A DNA stretch of 32,302 nt. Source: Comamonadaceae bacterium. Its GTDB lineage: Bacteria > Pseudomonadota > Gammaproteobacteria > Burkholderiales > Burkholderiaceae_C. A program made the position numbers and the translations under genes. Each line of letters opens with the position of its first letter. Within the stretch, counting starts at the first letter, position 1. Location: positions 1 to 32,302 of the forward strand of contig CANFZJ010000001.1 of the NCBI GenBank assembly GCA_947451445.1. Direction: 5' to 3'. Shown piece by piece: positions 19,212-27,250 of this stretch. The notes beneath the pieces are model-generated. The model was not told the DNA's origin. It ran no database searches and saw only the letters and a program-made list of their open reading frames with translations.

Positions 19212-19328
19212 TTCAACTACGCAATTGTGCGAATGGCGAACGTCTTGTTGTGCGCGACCCATTGCGGATTTTTAACTAACATTTATCCGCCGCCCATTGG
19301 ATGGGCAAACCATTTTCAGGAGCGTTTT

Positions 19329-19751
19329 ATGGCCGAAGTTTTATATCGCGGTGCATGCCTTTGTGGCGCGGTCCAGCTCGCATTAACCGCCGTCCCCGCC
19401 ACCGTGGGGCTGTGCCATTGCCGCCATTGCCAGAAGCAAAGCGGCTCGGCCTTTTCTGCGTTCATGGTCGTGCCGACCAGCCAGGTCGCCCTGGCAGGCG
19501 AGCTGCGCAGTTTTGAGGACTCGGGGGACGACGGCGCACCGGTGCTGCGGCATTTTTGCGGCACCTGTGGCTCTCCGGTGCAGACCACCTCGGCCAAGAC
19601 ACAGGCGCAAGGCATCAGCGTGATCAAAGCCGCTTTGCTGGACCTGCCGGGCATACCCGCGCCCCAGATACAAGTATTTTGCGACCACGGATTGCCGTGG
19701 ATGCCCCAAGTGGCGGGCACGGTCCGCTTCAACCGCATGCCACCGGCCTAA
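19329..19751 (+). CDS. GFA/CENP-V family Zn protein
   Basis: GACLCGAV..CHCRHCQKQSG..RHFCGTCGS; RBS AGGAG. Confidence 0.88.
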   Translation: MAEVLYRGACLCGAVQLALTAVPATVGLCHCRHCQKQSGSAFSAFMVVPTSQVALAGELRSFEDSGDDGAPVLRHFCGTCGSPVQTTSAKTQAQGISVIKAALLDLPGIPAPQIQVFCDHGLPWMPQVAGTVRFNRMPPA

Positions 19752-19778
19752 CCAAAAATCAACGAAGGAGACAACACC

Positions 19779-20882
19779 ATGATCGAAACCACTGCCGCCA
19801 TCACCGCCTGCTGCGGAGCCGCCTGGGAGCTCAAAACCATCACCTTGGACGAACCCAGGGACGACGAGATTCTGGTGCGCATCGTCGCCACCGGGCTGTG
19901 CCACACCGACGTGAGCGTGCGCGACCAGCATTTGCCGGTGCCATTGCCCGCCGTGCTGGGCCACGAAGGTGCAGGCGTGGTGGAGAAGGTCGGCCCCGGC
20001 GTCACCGCGCTGGCAGTGGGCGACCACGTGGTGCTGGCCATCGCCTCCTGCGGCAAATGCCCCAACTGCCTGCGCGGCCTGCCCACCTATTGCCACCAGG
20101 CCATGCCGTTGAACTTCTCGGGCCGCCGCGCCGATGGCAGCGCCACGATCCACCACGCAGGGCACGCCATCAGTGGCAGTTTTTTCGGCCAGTCGGCCTT
20201 TGCAGGCTATGCGCTGGCCAACGAGCGCAACGCGGTCAAGGTGCCCAAGGACATCGACCTGGCGCTGCTCGGCCCGCTGGGCTGCGGCATACAAACCGGT
20301 GCGGGTACGGTGATCAACACGCTGAAACCCGCCATCGGCAGTTCCATTGCAGTTTTTGGTGCAGGCGCGGTGGGCTTGTCTGCCGTGATGGCAGCCAAGG
20401 TGGTCGGCTGTACCACCATCATCGCGGTGGACATCCACCCCAACCGGTTGGCACTGGCCCTGGAGCTCGGTGCCACCCATGTAGTCAATGCCAAAGATGG
20501 CAATGTAGTGGAGGCCGTGCGGGCCATCGGTGGCGGCGTCGGCTATGCCGTGGATACATCGGCCGTACCGGCGGTGATCCGCCAAGCCGTCGAGTCACTC
20601 ACACCGCTGGGCCGCTGCGCCATGGTGGGCGTATCGCCACCGGGAGCGGAGATCACCCTGTCGGTGCAGAGCCTGTTCTTCGGCCAAAGCGTAGGCGGGG
20701 CCATTGAGGGTGACAGCATTCCAAAGCTGTTCATCCCCCAGCTGATTGACCTCTGGCGGCAGGGCCGGTTTCCGTTTGACCGCCTGATCCGCTTCTATGA
20801 CTTTGCGCAGATCAACGAGGCGGTAGCGGATTCGGTCAGCGGTGCCACGCTGAAGCCCGTGCTGCGCATAGGCACGACGTAG
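19779..20882 (+). CDS. Zn-dependent aryl-alcohol (benzyl alcohol, XylB/AreB-like) dehydrogenase
   Basis: GLCHTD, GHEG, CGKCPNC..YC, FFGQS, PLGCGIQTGAG, GAGAVG and GRFPFDRLI motifs. Confidence 0.92.
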   Translation: MIETTAAITACCGAAWELKTITLDEPRDDEILVRIVATGLCHTDVSVRDQHLPVPLPAVLGHEGAGVVEKVGPGVTALAVGDHVVLAIASCGKCPNCLRGLPTYCHQAMPLNFSGRRADGSATIHHAGHAISGSFFGQSAFAGYALANERNAVKVPKDIDLALLGPLGCGIQTGAGTVINTLKPAIGSSIAVFGAGAVGLSAVMAAKVVGCTTIIAVDIHPNRLALALELGATHVVNAKDGNVVEAVRAIGGGVGYAVDTSAVPAVIRQAVESLTPLGRCAMVGVSPPGAEITLSVQSLFFGQSVGGAIEGDSIPKLFIPQLIDLWRQGRFPFDRLIRFYDFAQINEAVADSVSGATLKPVLRIGTT

Positions 20883-20903
20883 TGGCCTGTGCGGACTTCT
20901 GGC

Positions 20904-21263
20904 TCAGTCGCTGCCATGCAAAGCTGCATGGCGGCCAACGGAGCGCAGCCACGCCCAGGCCTGGCGCAGTGGTAGCCGCAGCGACGCAAGCACCAGCCAC
21001 GGCACCGGCGGCTGCAAGTGCAGCTGGGCTGTACCGTCCACCGCCTCGATCTCGATCCAGCCGCCGCGCTCCAGCGGGTGGCTGTCACCCGCGCGCAGCA
21101 GTACCGGCAGCGCCACCCAGCTGCCGCCCAGGCAGTGGCACAGGTGCACCCGTGCAGAGCCGTCGGTCACGGTAATGTGGCTGCCGGTGGGCAGGGATTG
21201 CCAGGCACGCTGGCGAGGCAGCAGGTGCAGGTGTGTCAGGGGCGCGACGGTGGTGGACGGCAT
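20904..21263 (-). CDS. DUF2917-like small cupin-type protein
   Basis: HITVTDGSARV...VLLRAGDSHPLERGGWIEIEA; divergent from a MocR regulator, as is typical for this family. Confidence 0.55.
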   Translation of the reverse strand: MPSTTVAPLTHLHLLPRQRAWQSLPTGSHITVTDGSARVHLCHCLGGSWVALPVLLRAGDSHPLERGGWIEIEAVDGTAQLHLQPPVPWLVLASLRLPLRQAWAWLRSVGRHAALHGSD

Positions 21264-21316
21264 ACAAGACCTCTTGGTGGAATAGGCCCCTAGCGTAGAA
21301 AACCCCGGCCCGGGCG

Positions 21317-21404
21317 AACAGCCACAGACCTATCCCATCTGCTTCGTAGCAGTGCAGAAAATGTCCATCTGTTATGGTCATTTTTTGCCCTTTCTGTACC
21401 TGTT
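21317..21404. promoter_or_regulatory. Candidate MocR operator region
   Basis: AACAG-CC-ACAG (21317) and CTGT-AC-CTGTT (21394) are inverted; CCATCTG is directly repeated at 21335 and 21365. Confidence 0.45.
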
Positions 21405-21437
21405 GCAGCAGCGCCCGTGTGCGCATGATGGAGACCC

Positions 21438-22898
21438 ATGCCCACCCAACCCAAATACCAGCACCTCGCCGATCACTACCGCAGCGCCATCCAGGCGGGC
21501 AGCCTGCTGCCCGGCCACCGCATGCCGTCGTTGCGCGAGGTGATGCGCCAGCACGCGGTCAGCCTGTCCACCGCCATGCAGGTCTGCCGCTTGTTGGAGA
21601 GCGAGGGCTGGCTGGAGGCACGGCCACGCTCGGGCTACTTTGTGCGCCCTCCCCAGGGCACGCACCTGGCCCCGGTGGGCGACCCGCCCATGCAGCGCGC
21701 ACCCGACCCGGCGCAGTACCTGGGTATCCACGCCAAAGTGTCCGAGTTTTTGGCGCTAGGGCGCATGCAGCGCTTCAAAACCAACTTATCCACCGCCCGC
21801 TGCGCGCCCGAGCTATACCCCGCCGCTGCGCTGCAACAGGCCGCTGTACGCAGCCTGCGCCAGCACCCCGACCAGCTGGTGCGCGCCGCGCCACCGCAAG
21901 GTTGCCTGGAGTTCCGCGAGGTACTGGCGCAGCGCGGCATGCTGGCGGGCATGCATCTTTCAGCCAAAGACATCCAGGTCACCAACGGCTGTACCGAAGC
22001 GCTGAACCTGGCGCTGCGCGCGGTCACCCGCCCCGGCGATACGGTGGCGGTGGAGTCGCCCACCTTCTACGGCCTGCTGCAAACGCTGGAAAGCCTGGGC
22101 CTGAAGGCGCTGGAGATTCCCACCAGCCCGCGCACCGGCATCTCGGTGGAGGCGGTAGAGCTGGCGCTGCGCAGCACCCCCGGTATCCAGGCCGTAGTGG
22201 TGGTGCCGTACCTGCAAAACCCGACCGGCAGCATCATGCCGGACGCCCACAAACAGGCGCTGCTGCGCCTGTGCCAGACGCAAGACGTGGCACTGATCGA
22301 AGACGACACCTACAGCGCGCTGGTCGATGATGCGGTGCTGCATGAGAGCCCGCTGCGGGCCATCAAGTCGTGGGACGACAGCGGCCACGTCATCTACTGT
22401 GCGTCACTGCACAAAAGCCTGGCTCCCGGCCTGCGCTTGGGTTGGGTCAGCGCCGGGCGCTGGCAGGCGCGGGTGGAGATGTTGAAGTTTGCCCAGTCGC
22501 GCAGCAATGAACGCCTGTCGCAAATGGCGGCCGCCAGCTTTATCGGCTCGGCCGCCTACGACCGCTACCTGCGCCGCCTGCGCGCCACCCTGGTCACGCA
22601 GCGCACCCACACCGCCCAGGCCGTGGCCCGCTACTTTCCGCCGGGCACGCAACTCACCGTGCCGCGCGGCGGCCTGTCGCTGTGGGTCGCGCTGCCGGGG
22701 GGCCTGTCGGCCACCAGACTGTTCCATGCCGCACTGGCAGAAAACATGGTGATCGCGCCGGGTGCCATCTTCAGCAACTCGAACCGCTTCGACGCCTTTT
22801 TACGCGTCAACTGCGGCTGGCCGTTCACACCGGAGATCGACCACGCATTTGCCCGGCTCGGGCAGATGGTGGGCCAACTGGCCAGCCAGCCCACGTAA
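21438..22898 (+). CDS. MocR/GabR-family regulator (GntR wHTH + PLP aminotransferase-like domain)
   Basis: KYQHLAD..GHRMPSLR..EARPRSGYFV, VESPTF, QNPTG, IEDDTY and SLHKSLAPGLRLGW. Confidence 0.93.
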   Translation: MPTQPKYQHLADHYRSAIQAGSLLPGHRMPSLREVMRQHAVSLSTAMQVCRLLESEGWLEARPRSGYFVRPPQGTHLAPVGDPPMQRAPDPAQYLGIHAKVSEFLALGRMQRFKTNLSTARCAPELYPAAALQQAAVRSLRQHPDQLVRAAPPQGCLEFREVLAQRGMLAGMHLSAKDIQVTNGCTEALNLALRAVTRPGDTVAVESPTFYGLLQTLESLGLKALEIPTSPRTGISVEAVELALRSTPGIQAVVVVPYLQNPTGSIMPDAHKQALLRLCQTQDVALIEDDTYSALVDDAVLHESPLRAIKSWDDSGHVIYCASLHKSLAPGLRLGWVSAGRWQARVEMLKFAQSRSNERLSQMAAASFIGSAAYDRYLRRLRATLVTQRTHTAQAVARYFPPGTQLTVPRGGLSLWVALPGGLSATRLFHAALAENMVIAPGAIFSNSNRFDAFLRVNCGWPFTPEIDHAFARLGQMVGQLASQPT

Positions 22899-22938
22899 AA
22901 ACCCCCTGCAAAGCCTTGCGGCCTTGCAGGGGGTTTTG
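22897..22938. terminator. Bidirectional intrinsic terminator between convergent MocR and BON genes
   Basis: AAAACCCCCTGCAA-loop-TTGCAGGGGGTTTT. Confidence 0.88.
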
Positions 22939-22955
22939 TTCAACGGACTGGAAAA

Positions 22956-23264
22956 TCAGTCGTTGGTATCGGTGGAGAAGGTGCGCACGGTGCTGTACGC
23001 GTTGGCCACGCCCGACACCTTGCTGGCGACGAAGCGGGCTTTGGCTTCTTCTTGCGGGCCTTGTGCCCAGCCGTGCAGGGTGATCGAGCCGTTGTGGGCC
23101 GTGACCGTCAGGTCCTTGGCGTCGCTGCCCAGGGTGGTGTTCAGGGCGGACTGCACCGAACCGGCCAGGTCGGCATCGTTGGTAGCAGCGTGGGCGGGCA
23201 AGAAGGCACCGGCGGACAGGGCGAGCAGTGCGGTAGCGGCGATGCGGGTGATGGAGCGTGTCAT
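22956..23264 (-). CDS. Secreted single BON-domain protein, copy 2
   Basis: The 102-aa protein is identical to 2933-3241. Confidence 0.85.
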   Translation of the reverse strand: MTRSITRIAATALLALSAGAFLPAHAATNDADLAGSVQSALNTTLGSDAKDLTVTAHNGSITLHGWAQGPQEEAKARFVASKVSGVANAYSTVRTFSTDTND

Positions 23265-23406
23265 GGGGAATCCTTTGGGGTGGTTACACCAACATTGGTG
23301 CAATTGTTTGGGGTGAGGTGATCTTCCCAAACCCCGGCCTCCCCCGTGTTGCACGCCCCGTGCGTCCATGTTGCAGATGCAATACGGGCTGCAACCGTTG
23401 TGGATT

Positions 23407-23451
23407 TGCTATTTAAATAATAGCTATTCGCGCTTACGTATATTGCGCTAG
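23407..23451 (+). repeat. Double-hairpin REP-like repeat, copy 4 (interrupted by MITE at its CTAG)
   Basis: TGCTAT-ttaaata-ATAGC-tattcGCGC-N-GCGCTAG; the remainder (agttggattt) resumes at 23616. Confidence 0.72.
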
Positions 23452-23615
23452 CAGCCTGTCGGACTTTCGGCATCGAAGCGAAATTCGACCCCAGCGAGGA
23501 CAGTTTTTGCCGGATTTGCAGGCCAATAGCTCCGCTATTGGCCAAAAAGACGGTGAAAAATGGACCGCTGCGGTCGGATTGCAGCCGATGTACCGAAAGT
23601 CCGACAGGCTGCTAG
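23448..23615. mobile_element. MITE copy B (160 bp between CTAG direct repeats, 19-bp perfect TIRs)
   Basis: CTAG-CAGCCTGTCGGACTTTCGG ... CCGAAAGTCCGACAGGCTG-CTAG. Internal hairpin GGCCAATAGC-TCC-GCTATTGGCC; no transposase. Confidence 0.88.
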
Positions 23616-23623
23616 AGTTGGAT

Positions 23624-24055
23624 TTAACCGTTGTCTTCTTCCACTACCAGCTGCAACACCTTGGGGGCTTGGCGGCTGCAGCGCTGGACGCAACGCATTT
23701 CTTCCACCTCGCCGTGGCTGTCTTTGAATCGCTTTTGGTTGATCTCGTACACCACGCCGCTCAGGCGGCCCCCCACCGTCTGGGCGCATTCGATGCGGTC
23801 TTGCGCGTGGTTGGCGGGGTTGTAGATGTAGCGGCAGCGGTCTGCCGTTTTCACCTCACGGCGGTTTTGTAGCGTACGGATGTCGGTCTGCAGGGTATGA
23901 AAAGCACCCTTTTGGCCCAGGAACTTGCCACCGTCTAGGTACAGCAGGAGCTGGGTTGTGTCCTGGCTGGTCCCGGCGTAGTACGACCCTTGCGAGCCAA
24001 ACGCCTGCGTGCTGGTCAGCAGAGCCAGCACGCAAGCGGCATATCGCAGAGCCAT
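23624..24055 (-). CDS. Hypothetical secreted protein, 143 aa, 4 Cys in mature part
   Basis: Signal-like N-terminus ending TQA; ATG overlaps the upstream gene's TGA. Confidence 0.65.
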   Translation of the reverse strand: MALRYAACVLALLTSTQAFGSQGSYYAGTSQDTTQLLLYLDGGKFLGQKGAFHTLQTDIRTLQNRREVKTADRCRYIYNPANHAQDRIECAQTVGGRLSGVVYEINQKRFKDSHGEVEEMRCVQRCSRQAPKVLQLVVEEDNG

Positions 24056-26283
24056 CAGACCATTGCCACCGTCAGCACGTAGCTGCTGGTGGTGCTGGCG
24101 TCGGGGGCCACCACGTCAATCGTGATGCGTGCGCCTGCCGCCACTGCCACAGTGGTGCTGCCACCCTGTGCTACGGTGGTTCCGTTTACCTTCATGGAGG
24201 TGATCTTGTTCGACAGGGCGGTTGGCGTCAGCACGATGCTGCTGGTGCCGGTGGCTACGTTGACGGTGTAGGCAGTGGTCCAGGGGTCGAACTTGTTGGA
24301 TAGCTTGTTGGGCGTGCCATTGGCCGGGGCGGCCCAGTAAACGTCCACGCCGACCAGCGTGCCGCCGCTGATTTCGATGTTGCCCAGTTGCGCATACTTC
24401 TTGAAGCCGTCGGCGGCGTTGTAGTTCACGGTGGCACCGCAGGGGTAGGCGGTGGTGGGCGCGGTGAAATAGTCCACCGGGCTGGTGATGCCGGTGCCGA
24501 TGGAGTTGCCGATGGCGATCCAGTTCTTGTCGCGCCACATGTCGCCCACGATGGACATGCGCGAATTGCGGGTGGTTGGGCTGGTGGTGTTGCCTAGCGT
24601 GCCGCCACGGATCGACGGGATAGTGGCCACGTCACCCAGGTCGATCATGTTCTGGAAGCACTTCAGGAAGTTTTTCACCGCTTCCATGCCAACCGGCACG
24701 TCCTGGTGCGCGTTGGTGACTTCGGTGATCTGGCCGGTGGTGCTGCTTTTCTTGTAGTTGGCCACCAGTTGCAGCACTAGCGACAGGAACAGGTCCACCT
24801 TGACGCCGTTGTATTGCGTGGTGTCGGCGGTGTAGGCCCGGTTGCAAGCCCACATGTCCGAGCCATAGACCCAGCCGGTCTGGTTGATGATGGCGGTGAC
24901 CAGGCCGTTGGTGTGGCCGGGTTGGATATAGGCAGTGACCTGTACATTGCCCAAGTCCAGCACTTGGCCGTCATTGATGGCCACGGCGGCAGTGCCCGCA
25001 GACACAAAGTCTGCTCGGCTGGCAGCCATGAAGGCGGCTTTTTCAATCGCCGAGGCATACAGCCGCACGCCGGCCGAGGTGAAGTTGTAGATCTGCTCGG
25101 AATGGTCCGGATGATTGTGGCCAACGATGATGTCGTAGGGTTTTGTGGCGATGGTGTCGATAAAGCTCTTCAGGTTGGCTTTCTGGTAACCGTATTCGCC
25201 TGCGTCAAACACCAGGCCGCGCGTGGAGCCTTCGATGTAGAACACAAACGCTTGAAAGTACTCGGCCGGGTTGTTGATCTTCCACACCGTGGGTGTGGTG
25301 GCGGTGCCGACATGCGCCAGTTTGGCCTGGAAAGCGCCCACGTTGGGCCGCACGATGTTCCAGATGAAGGTCTGTACGGCGCTGGTTTGCATGCCGTCCT
25401 TTTTGGTCACCGCCTTTAACCGGTACAGCCGCGAGTCGGTGGTGGAAGTCAGCGGGTTGACGAACTGCAATACGCCATGGGTGGTGAAGTCGTATTCCAC
25501 GCCTGCGGTGCTGGGGTCGGCGGGTTCCGAGCCGTCAAAGCTGTAGGTGTAGTAAATCTTTGCGCCCGGGGTGGGGGTGGAGATGCGGATGTAGCGGCGC
25601 GGCGCGGTGGTACCCGATTTGCACATCACCTGCGCCGGGGCCACCAGCTGGCTGGTGATGCTGTTCAAAATCGCTTTGGCCTCGCCCACGGTCAAGGTGG
25701 CCTGGGGCGCAAACAGGGTTGTGCTGCTGCCCGCCATGTAGCCCGCCGCCAGCATGGCGTTGACGCTGCTGCGCTTGCTGCTGCTGATGCTGGCCGCATC
25801 GGTAAAGCTGCTCAAGGCGTTGCTGGACACCTGTGGGATTTTGAACGCGTTGACGTACATGTCCGCAGCGTCTTCACGGGTGATGGACTGGTCTGGATAA
25901 AAGTAGCCTTGCGAGTTGCTGATGACCGCTTCTTCCAGCGCGGTTTCGATCTGCTTGGCGTAGCTGGTGGCACCCATCGTCACGTCGATGAAGGTCTTCT
26001 GGGTGGATTTGTACGGGTCGTTGTACTGCGACGAGTGCACCCAGTCGAAGTAGTCCGAAATGGTGGCCACAAAGGCGGCGCGGGTCAGCGTTTTGCTGTC
26101 GGCACTGGGGGCGGGCGTGTCATCGCCGCCGCCACAGGCAGACAGCGTGACCGTGGACGCCAGCAGCGCTGGCATGCCCAGCATCTGGCCAAAGAACCGG
26201 CGCGACATCTTGTCGCCATGCCGGCTGACGGGCTCGACTGCCGGGGGAGTATGGAGGGGCGGGGTGGTGTTTTTTACGGGCAT
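24055..26283 (-). CDS. Tat-lipoprotein: SLH domains + FN3/chitobiase-like + metallo-beta-lactamase fold + cadherin-like beta-sandwich
   Basis: SRRFFG and LSAC lipobox; F.P...ITREDAA and FTDAASI..FAPQATLT (SLH-like); TPGAKIYYT..DGSEP; HNHPDH, PGHT, GSD, NAH; FDP.TTAYTV..ITIDVVAPD. Confidence 0.85.
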   Translation of the reverse strand: MPVKNTTPPLHTPPAVEPVSRHGDKMSRRFFGQMLGMPALLASTVTLSACGGGDDTPAPSADSKTLTRAAFVATISDYFDWVHSSQYNDPYKSTQKTFIDVTMGATSYAKQIETALEEAVISNSQGYFYPDQSITREDAADMYVNAFKIPQVSSNALSSFTDAASISSSKRSSVNAMLAAGYMAGSSTTLFAPQATLTVGEAKAILNSITSQLVAPAQVMCKSGTTAPRRYIRISTPTPGAKIYYTYSFDGSEPADPSTAGVEYDFTTHGVLQFVNPLTSTTDSRLYRLKAVTKKDGMQTSAVQTFIWNIVRPNVGAFQAKLAHVGTATTPTVWKINNPAEYFQAFVFYIEGSTRGLVFDAGEYGYQKANLKSFIDTIATKPYDIIVGHNHPDHSEQIYNFTSAGVRLYASAIEKAAFMAASRADFVSAGTAAVAINDGQVLDLGNVQVTAYIQPGHTNGLVTAIINQTGWVYGSDMWACNRAYTADTTQYNGVKVDLFLSLVLQLVANYKKSSTTGQITEVTNAHQDVPVGMEAVKNFLKCFQNMIDLGDVATIPSIRGGTLGNTTSPTTRNSRMSIVGDMWRDKNWIAIGNSIGTGITSPVDYFTAPTTAYPCGATVNYNAADGFKKYAQLGNIEISGGTLVGVDVYWAAPANGTPNKLSNKFDPWTTAYTVNVATGTSSIVLTPTALSNKITSMKVNGTTVAQGGSTTVAVAAGARITIDVVAPDASTTSSYVLTVAMV

Positions 26284-26337
26284 GTCATCCTCTTTCTGGT
26301 GGAGTAATTGGGCTTAAGTCGTTATGAAAAATAATGT

Positions 26338-26368
26338 ATCAACATTGTTAATTAACAACCTTGGTAAT
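26338..26368. promoter_or_regulatory. Candidate tandem TetR operators
   Basis: ATCAA-CA-TTGTT and ATTAACAA-CC-TTGGTAAT, joined by the perfect palindrome TTGTTAATTAACAA (26345-26358), between the divergent genes. Confidence 0.5.
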
Positions 26369-26421
26369 TACCCCGATAAGAGACGCGTTAAGCTCGGCGA
26401 TTTTCAAAAAGGACACGCCAC

Positions 26422-27063
26422 TTGAGCGCCAACAAACCAAAGGAGCCCGAGCTCAACCGGGCCAGTCTGCTGGCGGCGGCATCGTTGGAATTTGCTAGCC
26501 GGGGCTTCCAGGGCGCGCGTCTGGAGGTGATAGCCCGCGAGGCCAAAATTACGCGGGCGATGGTGTATTACTACTTTGGCGGGCGTGAGGGCCTGTACTT
26601 GGCGGCGCTGGAGGAGGTCTATCGCCACATTCGCACCAGCGAGCGCGCCATTGACCTAGACGGGCTGGGTCCGGTGGATGCCATGCGCAAGCTCACCTGC
26701 TTTCGCATCGACTACTACGTGGAAAACCCCTTGATGGTGGCGTTGCTAGCTATCGAAAACCAGCACAAGGCGGAATATTTAAAGAACTCCCAAGAGATCA
26801 GCGCGCGTGCAGGCATCTCGCTGGAACCGTTGGAATCCACCTTGCGGCAAGGGCAGGCGGCCGGGGTGTTTCGGCCGGGTATTGATGTGGTGGAGCTGCA
26901 CCAAGTCATGGTGTCCCTGGGCATGTTTAATGTGTCGAACCAACACACCTTTGGCGCGGTGTTTTCGCGTGCGCTGTGTAGCCCGGAACAGCTGGTGCGT
27001 ACGCGGGAAATGGCTTGTGAAGTGGTGCTGGGGTTTCTGGCACCACAGGCCAGCCCCCTTTAG
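26422..27063 (+). CDS. TetR-family regulator (RutR/NicS-like C-terminal domain)
   Basis: LLAAASLEFASRGFQGAR..IAREAKITRAMVYYYFGGREGLY; TTG start after AAAGGA. Confidence 0.9.
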   Translation: MSANKPKEPELNRASLLAAASLEFASRGFQGARLEVIAREAKITRAMVYYYFGGREGLYLAALEEVYRHIRTSERAIDLDGLGPVDAMRKLTCFRIDYYVENPLMVALLAIENQHKAEYLKNSQEISARAGISLEPLESTLRQGQAAGVFRPGIDVVELHQVMVSLGMFNVSNQHTFGAVFSRALCSPEQLVRTREMACEVVLGFLAPQASPL

Positions 27064-27250
27064 ATTATTGGGTCATTTGGCGCTGCCCGCGTATGTCGCA
27101 CACCGCCCCCCACACAGACGATTGCGGCGATGGGGCGGGTGGTGGTTTTGGGGCGCATGCCGTGCTGCAGGGCGACGCGGACCCGCCGCAATCGTCACGC
27201 GTAGCTGCTAACCTGAGCCTAGCGCACACTCCGTGCGCCAAGGAGTAGGC

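Larger units (their letters stand above)
22894..23395. repeat. ~500-bp direct repeat, right copy
   Basis: Near-identical to 2872-3371. Confidence 0.95.

Noticed and set aside
23507-23872. ORFs starting within the MITE (also 2791-3292)
   Set aside because: No transposase motifs; chance reading through the repeat.
24055-26283. Calling the MBL protein a beta-lactam resistance gene
   Set aside because: HxHxDH marks the whole superfamily; nothing here specifies beta-lactamase activity.
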